Source of the DNA: Deinococcota bacterium
Lineage (GTDB): Bacteria > Deinococcota > Deinococci > Deinococcales > Trueperaceae
Length of the DNA: 64,000 nucleotides
Direction of reading: 5' to 3'
Assembly (NCBI GenBank): GCA_963170125.1
Contig: CAUJFI010000179.1
Span: forward strand, 313 to 64,312
The notes under the pieces are model-generated. The model was not told where the DNA came from and did no database searches. It saw only the letters and a program-made list of their open reading frames with translations. Within the stretch, counting starts at the first letter, position 1. Every line of letters begins with the position of its first letter. Of this stretch, positions 37,451-46,897 are shown in pieces. The position numbers and the translations under genes are program-made.

Positions 37451-38614
37451 ATGCCCCACGACGTCCACCCCGACCTAGAGCCGCTGATCGCTGAACTGGT
37501 CAGTATCGACTCCGTCAACCCCGCCCTGGACCCCGACCACCCCGGCGAGACGGAGCTGGCCCGCTTCGTGGCGACGTGGTGCGAGGGGCGCGGCCTGAAG
37601 GTCGAGTGGCTCGAGTCCTACGCCCCCGGCCGGCCGAGCGTGATCGTCACGGCCCCCGGCGCCGGTGGCGGCCGCAACGTCCTGCTCTACGCGCATCTGG
37701 ACACGGTGGGTGTGAAGGGTATGCCCTCCCCGTTCACGCCGCGCGTGGAGGGCGGCCGCATGTACGGCCGCGGCACCATCGACATGAAGGCGAGCCTGGC
37801 CGTGTGCATGCTGCTGCTGGCCGCCGCCGCCGAGCGCGGCCTGGCGGGTGACGTGGTTCTCATGTGCGTGGCGGACGAGGAGCACGACAGCATCGGCACC
37901 CGCGAGGCGCTCGCGCACCTGGCGCGCACGGCGAAGCTCGCCGCCGCCATCGTCACCGAGGTCACGAGCATGGAGTTGCACGTGGCGCACCGCGGGTTCG
38001 CGCTGTTCGAGATCGAGTTCGAGGGCAAAGAGTCGCACACTTCCAGGCCGGCCGACGGCGTCAACGCCCTCACGCACCTGGGCAGGCTGCTCGCTTCCGT
38101 GGAGCGTCACGACGGGGAGCTGCGCCGCCGCCCGCCGCACCCGCTGCTGGCGCACGGCTCGCTGCAGGCGGTCCTGGCCGTGGGCGGGCAGGAGCTCTTC
38201 ACCACGCCGAGCAGTGCGACCGCGACCATCGAGCGGCGCACGTTGCCGGGGGAGACGGCCGCCACGACCCTCGCCGAGATGGAGTCGCTGCTCGCAGAGT
38301 TGACGACGGTGGACCCGGCAGTGAAGCCGACCGTGCGCCAGGTCCTGGCGCGCTCACCGTTCGAGGTCGCGCCCGGCGCCGAGGTCTTGGAGCTACTCGC
38401 CGCCGCCATCGCGGCCGAGACGGGCGCCGCGCCTGCCAGGCGCGGCGCGCCCTACTGGACCGACGCGGCGCTGATCGCCGATGCCGGCATCCCCACGGTG
38501 CTGTTCGGACCGATCGGCGGTGGCATCCACCAACTGGACGAGTGGGTGGACCTGGGGAGCGTGCACGCGGTCATGCGGGTCCTGGAGCGGGTGGTGGGGG
38601 AGTTGGCGACGTAG
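37451..38614 (+). CDS. M20-family metallopeptidase (ArgE/DapE/ACY1 type)
   Basis: Within ORF 37406..38614. ATG at 37451. Contains LLYAHLDTVG, MCVADEEHDSIG and the HQLDEWVDL C-terminal motif. Confidence 0.8.
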   Translation: MPHDVHPDLEPLIAELVSIDSVNPALDPDHPGETELARFVATWCEGRGLKVEWLESYAPGRPSVIVTAPGAGGGRNVLLYAHLDTVGVKGMPSPFTPRVEGGRMYGRGTIDMKASLAVCMLLLAAAAERGLAGDVVLMCVADEEHDSIGTREALAHLARTAKLAAAIVTEVTSMELHVAHRGFALFEIEFEGKESHTSRPADGVNALTHLGRLLASVERHDGELRRRPPHPLLAHGSLQAVLAVGGQELFTTPSSATATIERRTLPGETAATTLAEMESLLAELTTVDPAVKPTVRQVLARSPFEVAPGAEVLELLAAAIAAETGAAPARRGAPYWTDAALIADAGIPTVLFGPIGGGIHQLDEWVDLGSVHAVMRVLERVVGELAT

Positions 38615-38634
38615 GGTGAACGTCGGCGGCGCTC

Positions 38635-38979
38635 GTGCGGCGCCTCGCCCTTCATGCCCCGACCGAGATGGCGGTGCCGGCTATCGTCGTGGGCGAACTC
38701 GCCTTCGGTGCCCACAACTCGACGCGTGTGGCCGAGAACTTGAGGCTCGTCTCGGACTTCCTGGCGCCGTATGCCACCATTCCCTTCGATTCTCAGGTCG
38801 GTTACCACTACGGTCGAATCCGGGCGGATATGAAACGTCGAGGCGCGCCTATCGGCGGCAACGACCTGCTCATCGCGGTTACCGCGGTAGCCAACGACCT
38901 CGTCCTCGTCACCAATAACACCGGGGAGTTCGGGCAGGTCGTCGGTCTGCGTTTGGAGGATTGGGAGGCTGACATCTAG
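38635..38979 (+). pseudogene. 5'-truncated PIN-domain (VapC-like) remnant without cognate antitoxin
   Basis: The 114-aa ORF aligns to the C-terminal ~3/4 of VapC (..VGELAFGA....GNDLLIAVTAVANDLVLVTNNTGEF). It lacks the N-terminal LDTN acidic motif. An in-frame TGA at 38617-38619 sits only 3 nt after the M20 stop, so there is no room for vapB. Confidence 0.5.
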
Positions 38980-39005
38980 CCCCAGCGCCGGGTCTCGGGT
39001 CGTTG

Positions 39006-39464
39006 CTATCCCTGCTTGTCGCCGCCTCCCTGCGGTGCCCGACTGAAGGTGGCCGTACCGATCGCCACCAGCGTTCCGTTGGAGTCGCTCACGTCGATGC
39101 GCACCACGATCACGCGGCGCCCGCACCGCATCACGCGCGCGTCGGCCGTGAGGAGGTCGCCGCGGCCCGGCTCGAGGTAGTCGACGCGCATGTCGATCGT
39201 CGCCACCGCCACCGCCTCGCGCAGGTCCGGGAGTTGCAGCGCCGCTGCGCCGCCGGCCGCCGCGTCGATGAGCGCGGACATCGCTCCGCCGTGGACGATG
39301 CCGCGGTAGGCGTTTCCGATCAGCTCCTCGCGCAGCGGCATCTCCAGGACCAGCCTGCCGGCTTCCGGATCCGTTGACACGAGCCGCACGCCGAGCAGCT
39401 TGTTGAAGGGGATGATCTCTTCCAGCATCGTCTTGAGGTCGAGGTTCAGCTGGGTGGCCGACAT
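39006..39464 (-). CDS. PaaI/YbgC-type hotdog-fold thioesterase
   Basis: 152-aa ORF with GIVHGGAMSALIDAAAG, the typical PaaI-family active-site region. Confidence 0.75.
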   Translation of the reverse strand: MSATQLNLDLKTMLEEIIPFNKLLGVRLVSTDPEAGRLVLEMPLREELIGNAYRGIVHGGAMSALIDAAAGGAAALQLPDLREAVAVATIDMRVDYLEPGRGDLLTADARVMRCGRRVIVVRIDVSDSNGTLVAIGTATFSRAPQGGGDKQG

Positions 39465-39596
39465 ACGGTCATGCTATCCCTGGCCGGCGCGAAGCGACCG
39501 GGTGCCGCTATCGGCGGCAGGAAACGATGTCTGGTCGCGAGCCCGATACGGGGAATCGCATAGCCCAAAGCGCCTGGGGCCGTCTAAGCTTCGAAG

Positions 39597-40301
39597 GTGC
39601 GACTCGCTCGTGGCGGCATCCTCCTACTCGGTCTGGCGTTGTTCCTGATCGCGTGCGATACGCTGAACCCCGACCTCGGGAGCGCGAACCCCGGCGCTGG
39701 TAGGGAGATCACGGACGTTCGGGATGGCGATGACCCGCCTGACGCGAGAGCGCCGACCGAGCCGGCCGATCCGGGCAGTCCCGAAGAGCCGACGGATCCG
39801 GAAACACCCGTCGAGCCGACCGAGCCGCCCTCCGAACCAACGAACCCGGACTTGCCGGCGGACCCTGACTTGCCGGCGGAGCCCGACCCGGACCCGGGTG
39901 TGCCAACCGTCGCGACCCGGTTGTTGGCCGCGGTGAACAGCGCCCGCGCCGCAGGCGCCACGTGCGGCGGGGTCTGGCAGGCGCCCGTTGCGCCGTTAAC
40001 GCAAAACGAACTGCTGGTGCAGGCCGCGCAAGGCCATAGCGACGATATGCTCGCGCACGGGAGCATGTCCCATACGGGCTCGGACGGGAGCGGACCGGGA
40101 GACCGTATCTCCCGCACCGGCTACCGAGCTTCGTGGTGGGGTGAGAACGTCGCGTGGAACTACCGGAGCGTCGAGCAGGTCATGGCCGGATGGCTGGGAA
40201 GTGCTGGGCACTGCACGAACATCATGAACCCCAACTTCACCGAGTTCGGCGCCGGCGAGGCCGGGTACTACTGGACGCAGGTCTTCGCGCGGCCCAGGTA
40301 G
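39597..40301 (+). CDS. CAP/SCP (YkwD-like) domain lipoprotein with Pro/Glu/Thr/Asp-rich linker
   Basis: 234-aa ORF with GTG start and lipobox LIAC. The PT/PE-rich linker is encoded by a locally repetitive tract at 39720-39900. The CAP core contains HSDDMLAHGSMSHTGSDGS...WWGENVAW...GHCTNIM. Confidence 0.8.
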   Translation: MRLARGGILLLGLALFLIACDTLNPDLGSANPGAGREITDVRDGDDPPDARAPTEPADPGSPEEPTDPETPVEPTEPPSEPTNPDLPADPDLPAEPDPDPGVPTVATRLLAAVNSARAAGATCGGVWQAPVAPLTQNELLVQAAQGHSDDMLAHGSMSHTGSDGSGPGDRISRTGYRASWWGENVAWNYRSVEQVMAGWLGSAGHCTNIMNPNFTEFGAGEAGYYWTQVFARPR

Positions 40302-40410
40302 CGGCATCCCGGGCGCCTACGCGCGCCGTCGGTCCCAAGCGCATGGCCAGGCGGCCACGCGCTGTGCGATCCGCCCAGCAGGCCGCCACGGCAGCGAGTA
40401 GCATTCGCCA

Positions 40411-40917
40411 ATGCGAACGGTCCTGAAAGTGCTGCTGGTGCTCGGGTTCGTGGGCGTGTTGGCCGGTTGTGCTACTACGAAGCCCCCCAATGGTGAAGAG
40501 GACCCTGATCCCGGTAAGCCGACCATGGCTAAGGCGATGTTGGCCGCCGTGAACGAAGTGCGGACCGCCGGCACGACCTGTGGCGGTGTTGCAGCGCCGC
40601 CGGTGGCTCCACTGACGTTGAACGACCTTCTCGCGCAGGCAGCACAGGGTCACAGCGACGACATGTTCGCGCATAGGAACATGTCCCACGCCGGCTCGGA
40701 CGGCAGCACCCCAGACATGCGTATCGCCGCGACCGGTTATCGCGCGAGCTGGTGGGGTGAGAACGTCGCCGCCGGGTTCGACGCCGTGGATGACGTCATG
40801 GCTGCCTGGCTGAAGAGCGCCGGTCATTGCTCGAACATCATGAACTCCCACTTCACCGAGCTGGGCGTGGGCGAGGCGGGCCACTACTGGACCCAAGTGT
40901 TCGGCCGGCCCTTCTAG
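40411..40917 (+). CDS. CAP/SCP (YkwD-like) domain lipoprotein, tandem paralog
   Basis: 168-aa ORF with lipobox LAGC. The CAP core is collinear with the upstream paralog (HSDDMFAHRNMSHAGSDGS...WWGENVAA...GHCSNIM). Confidence 0.8.
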   Translation: MRTVLKVLLVLGFVGVLAGCATTKPPNGEEDPDPGKPTMAKAMLAAVNEVRTAGTTCGGVAAPPVAPLTLNDLLAQAAQGHSDDMFAHRNMSHAGSDGSTPDMRIAATGYRASWWGENVAAGFDAVDDVMAAWLKSAGHCSNIMNSHFTELGVGEAGHYWTQVFGRPF

Positions 40918-40982
40918 CGCTGGAACGTTACTTGGCAAGGTTCGCGTTCGCGTAGGGCAGGAAGGCCCTCTGGAGTCGAGTC

Positions 40983-41363
40983 TCATGACGATGGGGCTAG
41001 AACAGCCTGTCGCCCCATAGATAGTCGAGCCTGCGCAGTTCCCGTTCGACACGAGGCCCATGGGGAGCAGGTCGCTGCCCCGTTGCGCAGTCGCGAGCGT
41101 CGCGCCTCCGATGGCCCGGCCTTGCCCACACCGCCCGTGACAGGGCCGGCGCCGTACGGGGTCGACAAGGTGATCGTGCCGGGCGCCGCTCCGGCCGGGA
41201 GCGAGACGGTGACCGACACGTCGTGAACGGCGCTCGGATCCGGCGGACCGCCACGTCCACACGCCGGCACCGTCAACAACGCGAGTAGCAAGACCAAGTC
41301 GAAGTTGGTCCTACGAGTCGTGGCTTCCTCCAGAACCCCCAGCGGAGTGTAGTGCCGGTGCAC
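40983..41363 (-). CDS. Hypothetical small lipoprotein (weak call; C-terminal part may be out of frame)
   Basis: The 126-aa ORF has the signal-like segment LVLLLALLTVPAC. Third-position GC decays toward the 3' end, and another frame reads more protein-like there. Confidence 0.25.
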   Translation of the reverse strand: MHRHYTPLGVLEEATTRRTNFDLVLLLALLTVPACGRGGPPDPSAVHDVSVTVSLPAGAAPGTITLSTPYGAGPVTGGVGKAGPSEARRSRLRNGAATCSPWASCRTGTAQARLSMGRQAVLAPSS

Positions 41364-41443
41364 TCAAGGTGCGATTAATGCGTCACCGGGCGGTTCGGCC
41401 CGGTGTAGTCCCGTGCTGGCGGCCAAGGATTGCTTCCAGACCC

Positions 41444-42163
41444 TCAAGCGACCGAGGCTGCCATAGCCTTCTCAATCTCCTTCGCGCAAGCCCTGATGGT
41501 CGGCGCCAACTCCACCAGTCGCTCAGGCGTGAGGTCGGTGATGGCCCCGTTGAAGCTCACTCCCGCCACCACCTGCCCGGACGGGCCGTAGATGGCGGTC
41601 GCCACACAGGCGACGCCGCTTGCGCTCTCCTCCAGGTCGAGGGCGTAGCCCCGCTCCTTGATCTCGGCGAACTCCGCCAGTTGGCGGGTCCGCTCCTTGC
41701 GCCCGATGCCGTTCAGGAAGAAGAGCCATTCGCGCTCGGGCTGGCTGGCGATCATCGCCTTGCCGGCGCCCGTTCTGTACGCCAACGTGCGCTGACCGAC
41801 GTAGGCGTTGACCTGGAGCTGCCTACTGCCGATTATGCGATCGACCACCATGCTGTAGATGCCGTCGAGAACGGCGATGTGCACCGTCTCGCCCGTCCGC
41901 TCGCAGTAGTTCTGCGCGATCGGCTTGGCGGCCTTCGTGAACTGCAGGCTCGACTTCTTCTTCTCGCCGAGTTCGAGGAAGCGGTAACCGAGGCTGTAAC
42001 GTTGCGCCTTGCTCTCCAAGTACCGGTACTTGACCAAGGAGGCCGCGAGGCGATGTGTGGTGCTACGCGAGAACCCGGATGCCTGGCAGAGTTCTTGCAG
42101 CGACAGGTCACCGTCACTCACGAGCTCGACGAGCTGGAGTGCCTTCTCTAGAGTGGTGCTCAC
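41444..42163 (-). CDS. IclR-family transcriptional regulator
   Basis: 239-aa ORF with an N-terminal wHTH (LSLQELCQASGFSRSTTHRLAASL) and a C-terminal IclR effector domain. Confidence 0.85.
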   Translation of the reverse strand: MSTTLEKALQLVELVSDGDLSLQELCQASGFSRSTTHRLAASLVKYRYLESKAQRYSLGYRFLELGEKKKSSLQFTKAAKPIAQNYCERTGETVHIAVLDGIYSMVVDRIIGSRQLQVNAYVGQRTLAYRTGAGKAMIASQPEREWLFFLNGIGRKERTRQLAEFAEIKERGYALDLEESASGVACVATAIYGPSGQVVAGVSFNGAITDLTPERLVELAPTIRACAKEIEKAMAASVA

Positions 42164-42277
42164 GTCGCCATCCTAGAACGACCTGCGCTGCCGCCGGAGT
42201 GCGAGGAGCCGAGGTCGCCCTGCCAGGTCGCCCGAGCGTCTCGGGAAGCGGACGTAGGCCGACGCTGGTGTCCTGGA

Positions 42278-44041
42278 CTAGTCGCTTCCCGCCAACCCTA
42301 GCCGCAACCGCAGTACGTCGATGACCTCGATGGCGGCGGTGAGGGCGTCCGTGAAGCGGTGCCTGACCCGCATCAACTCGGTTGTCAGGAGGTGCCGTTC
42401 TGGGTCGCCGGCGACCAGACTGCGGTAACGACTCAGCGGGGCAAGCATGGGGACGGGCTCCTTGAGGTCGCTGAGCCCGTAGCTGTCCTGACCGTACTTA
42501 CCCACCACGGTGGCACGCAGATGGGTGATGTGGCGGCTGAGCTGCAGGAGCGCCTCGTTGCGGGCCAACACGGCTTCCTTGGTGTCGGCCTGCAGAGCGT
42601 CCAGCCACGCCGCCCGCTCCGCCAGTCGGTCGAGCAGCGGCCGCACGCGGCCCAGTTCGGCCGGGTCTTCGCCTTCCGAAAGCATCGTGTCGAAGCGCGT
42701 CCTCAGCTCTTGGGCCGCGGGCGAGGCCAGATGGGGCAGAAGCTCGGTGCTCACCAGATCGTGGATCAGGCCCGCCCAGAAACGGCCGTCGCGCTCGAGC
42801 ACCGCCTCGTCGAGTGTGTCGAAAGTGTCCTTGTCGGTATGGTTCCACCAGCCGAGGGTAGCGCCGTTCCAGGCCTGCACGACGGCGTCCGGCAGGGCGT
42901 GGCGTGCCGCGATGGCGGGCACGCCAACGCCGAAGAAGGACTGGTCACCGATCCGCTCCAGCCGCTTGCTCGGCAGTCGCTCGCCGAAGAGCTCCTCCGC
43001 GATCGCCTGATGCGCGTCGCGTAGCTCCGGGCTGCTGTTGACGGCGAGGCGGTCGGCGCCACGCATGCCGACCGAGTCGATGTTGGTGTACGCCACTCCG
43101 TAGCGGCTCAGCTCCTCCCAGTGGGTGTCGACGAAATAGGTAGAGCCGGCGGCCTCCGCGATCTCATGACCGTTCCAGAAACAGAAGACCGCCGAGCGGC
43201 GCAGTTCGTCACGGCGCTCGGCCAGCAGCCTGGCGATCTCGATCATCACGCCGTTGCCGCTGGCGTTGTCGGTCACGCCCGGCTCCCAGGCGTCGAGGTG
43301 CCCCGAGACGACCACGAACTGCTCGTGCTCCGGGCTCGACTCCGGCGCGCGCAGCCAGGCGATTGGCTGGGCGACTCGCGCCCAGAGGCGTTGGCCCGTC
43401 ACACGGAGCCTCACCTCCACCCTTCCTTGCTGACACTGCGCCTTGAGCCGCTCGCCGTCGCGCCGAGTGATCGCAAGGGCGTGCAGCCTGGGGATCTCAT
43501 TCCACGTGGCCCGGGTGGGGTTGCCCCACACGGCCTTCAGGGCGCGCCAGGGGATGTTGTCCTGGTCGGAGGTTCCCCAGTTCATCAGGACGATGCCGAT
43601 GGCGCCCTGCTCGTAGGCCAGCCGCGCCTTCTCTGGCGTCGCTGGGGCGTAGCTGACCTCCGCCAGGACGATCTTGCCGCGCACGTCGAGGCCGGCGTAG
43701 TCCTCGCGGCCGCCGGGGCCTACCGCGACGAGCTCGGCCACCACTCCCTCCGGAGGGGTCGGGTCGATGTGCAGGCACGGTTTGACGACGGGCGTCCAGG
43801 GCTCCGGGGAGAGGACGTCGAGGGCGCCGCTGCCGATGGAGCTGGTGTAGGTGTCGAACTCCTGTAACTTGGCCGCCAGGCCGTAGGAGGCGAGGGTGTC
43901 GCGGATGTACTCGGCCGCCACGCGGTCCTGGCCCCCGCCGGAGATGCGGTTGGGTGTGTGCTCGCTCAGCCACCGGACATGGGCCATGGCCCGGTCGAGG
44001 TCGAAGGCTTGAAGGATCGATGGCAGAGCCGATGTCGTCAT
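42278..44041 (-). CDS. M28-family metallo-aminopeptidase with PA-type insert and long helical C-terminal region
   Basis: 587-aa ORF with SGHLDAWEPGVTDNASGNGVMIEIARLL (M28 zinc ligands). Confidence 0.75.
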   Translation of the reverse strand: MTTSALPSILQAFDLDRAMAHVRWLSEHTPNRISGGGQDRVAAEYIRDTLASYGLAAKLQEFDTYTSSIGSGALDVLSPEPWTPVVKPCLHIDPTPPEGVVAELVAVGPGGREDYAGLDVRGKIVLAEVSYAPATPEKARLAYEQGAIGIVLMNWGTSDQDNIPWRALKAVWGNPTRATWNEIPRLHALAITRRDGERLKAQCQQGRVEVRLRVTGQRLWARVAQPIAWLRAPESSPEHEQFVVVSGHLDAWEPGVTDNASGNGVMIEIARLLAERRDELRRSAVFCFWNGHEIAEAAGSTYFVDTHWEELSRYGVAYTNIDSVGMRGADRLAVNSSPELRDAHQAIAEELFGERLPSKRLERIGDQSFFGVGVPAIAARHALPDAVVQAWNGATLGWWNHTDKDTFDTLDEAVLERDGRFWAGLIHDLVSTELLPHLASPAAQELRTRFDTMLSEGEDPAELGRVRPLLDRLAERAAWLDALQADTKEAVLARNEALLQLSRHITHLRATVVGKYGQDSYGLSDLKEPVPMLAPLSRYRSLVAGDPERHLLTTELMRVRHRFTDALTAAIEVIDVLRLRLGLAGSD

Positions 44042-45207
44042 GAATGGTCCTTTCTATGCCCTGATTGCCCTGAGGTCCAGGTTCGCTCCGAGGTCGCGAG
44101 CGCCACGTAGAAACGCGCCGCCTCGCCGATCTGCCGCACGTCCACCCACTCGTCGGCGGCATGCAGGTTCGCTCCGGACGGCCCGAACATGACCGTGGGG
44201 ATCCCGCTGTCGGCCAGCAGGTTGGCGTCGCTCACTCCGCGGCCGTAGGCGAAAGCGGGGTCGTGGCCGAACTCGCGGCGGTAGGTCTCAGTGAAGTGCC
44301 GCAGGAAGGGGTGGTCGGGTGCGGTCAGGTAGCTGGGGTAGGCGGGGGGTAGGACGTCGAAAATGGCGTCCACCGCCGGCGATACGCTCTCCGCCAGCGC
44401 CCGCAACTCGCCGACCACGTCGTCGGCGCTCTCGCCGGGCACCAGATGCCAGTTGACCAGGCAGGAGCAGCGATCGGGGACCCTGATCTCGTAGGGGCCG
44501 TCGCCGCTCTGGATGCGCAGCACGCAGCGACTGCCCCGCCCGACGAGCGGATGCTCGCGCACCGGCGATGCCTGAAGGGCGTGCAGCAGCCGCGCCATGG
44601 CGTCGATGGCGTTGACCCCCTCCTCGGGGCGACTGCCGTGCGCGCTGCGCCCACGGCACGTGATCCTGACGTTGATCTTGCCGACGCCGCCGACGACCGG
44701 ATCGTCGAAGTGCGGCTCACACACCACGGCGGCGTCGAACCGCAGCCCGCGGGCGATCAGGTCGACCGCGCCCCTCGAGGAGGCCTCCTCGTCCGCCACC
44801 GATGCGAAGCTGACCGTGCCACACCAGTCGGAGCGGCGGGCCAGCTCGCGCATGGCCAGCATCGCGGCGGCTAGGCCGGCCTTCATGTCGACGGCCCCAC
44901 GTCCGTACAGACGGTGGCCCTCCAGGACGCCCGAGTACGGGTCGTGGGTCCATCCGTTGCCCGGCAGGACGGTGTCGGCGTGGCCGAGTAGCAGCAAGCT
45001 GGGCGCCGCCTCGCCATGTCGGTCGCCTCTGACCGTGGCGAAGACGTTGCTGAGCCCGTCCGCGGTGGTTTGTAGGGTCGTGGCGACGCCGTTCAGCCGC
45101 AGCCAGTCGGCGATGAGGCGCTGCACGGCCTCCTCCTGCCCGGAAGGGCTTGGGCACTGCACTAGGCTGCGCAGCAGGACTACCGTCTCGTCGGTGGCCT
45201 CGGTCAT
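44038..45207 (-). CDS. M20-family metallopeptidase / amidohydrolase
   Basis: 389-aa ORF with LLLGHADTV, RGAVDMKAG and SVADEEASS motifs. Overlaps the M28 gene by 4 nt. Confidence 0.8.
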   Translation of the reverse strand: MTEATDETVVLLRSLVQCPSPSGQEEAVQRLIADWLRLNGVATTLQTTADGLSNVFATVRGDRHGEAAPSLLLLGHADTVLPGNGWTHDPYSGVLEGHRLYGRGAVDMKAGLAAAMLAMRELARRSDWCGTVSFASVADEEASSRGAVDLIARGLRFDAAVVCEPHFDDPVVGGVGKINVRITCRGRSAHGSRPEEGVNAIDAMARLLHALQASPVREHPLVGRGSRCVLRIQSGDGPYEIRVPDRCSCLVNWHLVPGESADDVVGELRALAESVSPAVDAIFDVLPPAYPSYLTAPDHPFLRHFTETYRREFGHDPAFAYGRGVSDANLLADSGIPTVMFGPSGANLHAADEWVDVRQIGEAARFYVALATSERTWTSGQSGHRKDHS

Positions 45208-45244
45208 GCCCTGACTTCCTCCTCCTCGGCCGGCGGCCCGGCCC

Positions 45245-46897
45245 TCAAGCCGTGATGGGGATGGCCCCGGACTCGGTCACCAGGTAGGCGTCCTCGATCG
45301 CGACCACCGCCTCGTCCACCGGCCAGACGAACTCGACGCAGCCGGACATACCCGCCTCGATCCGTTGCTCGCAGCCGGGTTCCAGATAGATGGTGCAGAT
45401 CGTTTGCCGGTTGATCACGTGGCCGCAATCCCTGGCGTACTCCTTGCCGCTGCGACCATGCGGCAGCAGGCCCCAGCCGCGCACCCGATCGTCTTGCTCG
45501 GCCAAGGCTTCTGTGGCCGCCTCGTGGACGCCGGCGCCGCTGACCCCCGGGCGGATCGCGGGGATGACGCGGTCGAGCAGAGTGGCGCGTAGGAACGCCT
45601 GGAACTCCTCCAGCTCGGGAGAGTTGCAGAGGGTCTTCGCGATGTCGGAGCAACCCCTCACGCGTCCGGCCAGGTCGAGGACCTGGGTGCCCATGTCGAA
45701 CTTGACGGTGCGGTTCCGTCCGCTCACGAGGTTCGGGGTCGGCGCGGCCGGGACCAGGGTCCGCTCCCCGGGGTGGATGATGCGGAAGTAGGGACGGAAC
45801 ATGCCGTGCAGGTCGCACTCGCCGGCGAACTCCCCAAGGAAGGCATCGAAGGCGAGCGCCAACTCCGACTCGCGCAACTCGCCGCCCCGCGCCAGGCGCC
45901 CGGCCGCGTACTTGACGGCGCGCTCGGTGGCCACACGGGCCGAGTTGGCGGCGAGGACGTAGTAGGGGAGCTGGCTGGCGGCCCGCAACTCCTGCCAGCG
46001 GTACAGCAGCGGCGAGGCGCTCGGCAGCAGCAGGGGGTCGGCGTCGAGCGCGCTCGCGAGGCCCAAGTCGGCGTGGCCTGGCTCGACGGCCAGGGGGCCG
46101 GGCGCGATGGCGGTGACGGCGCTGCCAACGTCTCGGTAGGTCGAGCGCTCCACGGTCCCGGGCAGTTGACCTCGTCCCGGCAACAGGAGGTGGAGTCGTT
46201 CGTCGCCCCTGACGAAGACCATGACGGCGCCTGCCCGCTCCAGCCAAGCGCTCGGATGACCGCTCAGCTCCTCCATCTGGAAGGGGGAGGTGACGAGAAG
46301 GGCATCGACGCCGGCCCTCTCGAGCTGCGCGTCGAGCAGGGCGAAGTCGTGTTCCGGCTGGCGCTGGAGTAGCTCCGCCAGCCGCTCCTCGAAGCGAAAA
46401 CCCTCGACGACTCGCCTCGCCGCCCGTCGGTAACGCTCCACGTCAGACTCCATCGCCGCCGCTACCCGGGGGCGCTCGAGCGTGAGGTGCCGGAGCGTCC
46501 GGTCGGTCAAGGTCCGGTAGGTGACGTCCAGATCTAGGGAGCCATGCAGAGCGCGGTAGCTCGCCACCGGCAGGGTGTCGTCGACCTCGACCGCGCGGCC
46601 GGGCGCTAGCTCGTCGATGAGCTGCGGCAGGGCCGGCGCGGCTGGCCGCTCGTTCCAACTGAAGTAACCGCCGTAGACGGCGAAGCGGTGGGGGGTCGCC
46701 GGTTGCGCGGTGGCCATGGCGCTGTCGGAGTCGCGCAGCAGCACCGTGCAGCTGCCGTCGAGCTCGAGTACGTAGGGCAGGACCGTCTTGGTGGCGTCCT
46801 TCACGATGTGCGGGTAGACCATGGCGTCAAGGTAGTCGGCCCCCAGCAGTCGGACGAGGTCGTGGTGGGCGTGCCACAACCGGGCCGTCTTCTTCAC
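45245..46897 (-). CDS. Atypical M24-fold (creatinase/prolidase-like) protein with ~300-aa N-terminal extension
   Basis: 550-aa ORF. Candidate pita-bread metal ligands in KFDMG, GCSDIAKT, CGHVI, YLEPG and AIEDAYLVTESG. Confidence 0.6.
   Translation of the reverse strand: MKKTARLWHAHHDLVRLLGADYLDAMVYPHIVKDATKTVLPYVLELDGSCTVLLRDSDSAMATAQPATPHRFAVYGGYFSWNERPAAPALPQLIDELAPGRAVEVDDTLPVASYRALHGSLDLDVTYRTLTDRTLRHLTLERPRVAAAMESDVERYRRAARRVVEGFRFEERLAELLQRQPEHDFALLDAQLERAGVDALLVTSPFQMEELSGHPSAWLERAGAVMVFVRGDERLHLLLPGRGQLPGTVERSTYRDVGSAVTAIAPGPLAVEPGHADLGLASALDADPLLLPSASPLLYRWQELRAASQLPYYVLAANSARVATERAVKYAAGRLARGGELRESELALAFDAFLGEFAGECDLHGMFRPYFRIIHPGERTLVPAAPTPNLVSGRNRTVKFDMGTQVLDLAGRVRGCSDIAKTLCNSPELEEFQAFLRATLLDRVIPAIRPGVSGAGVHEAATEALAEQDDRVRGWGLLPHGRSGKEYARDCGHVINRQTICTIYLEPGCEQRIEAGMSGCVEFVWPVDEAVVAIEDAYLVTESGAIPITA

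Noticed and set aside
40237-41262. 341-aa minus-strand ORF spanning the region of the second CAP-domain gene.
   Set aside because: It is antisense to a gene with a clear lipobox and CAP motifs, and its translation has no recognisable features. Only its extreme 3' part near 40983-41100 might relate to the weak lipoprotein call.
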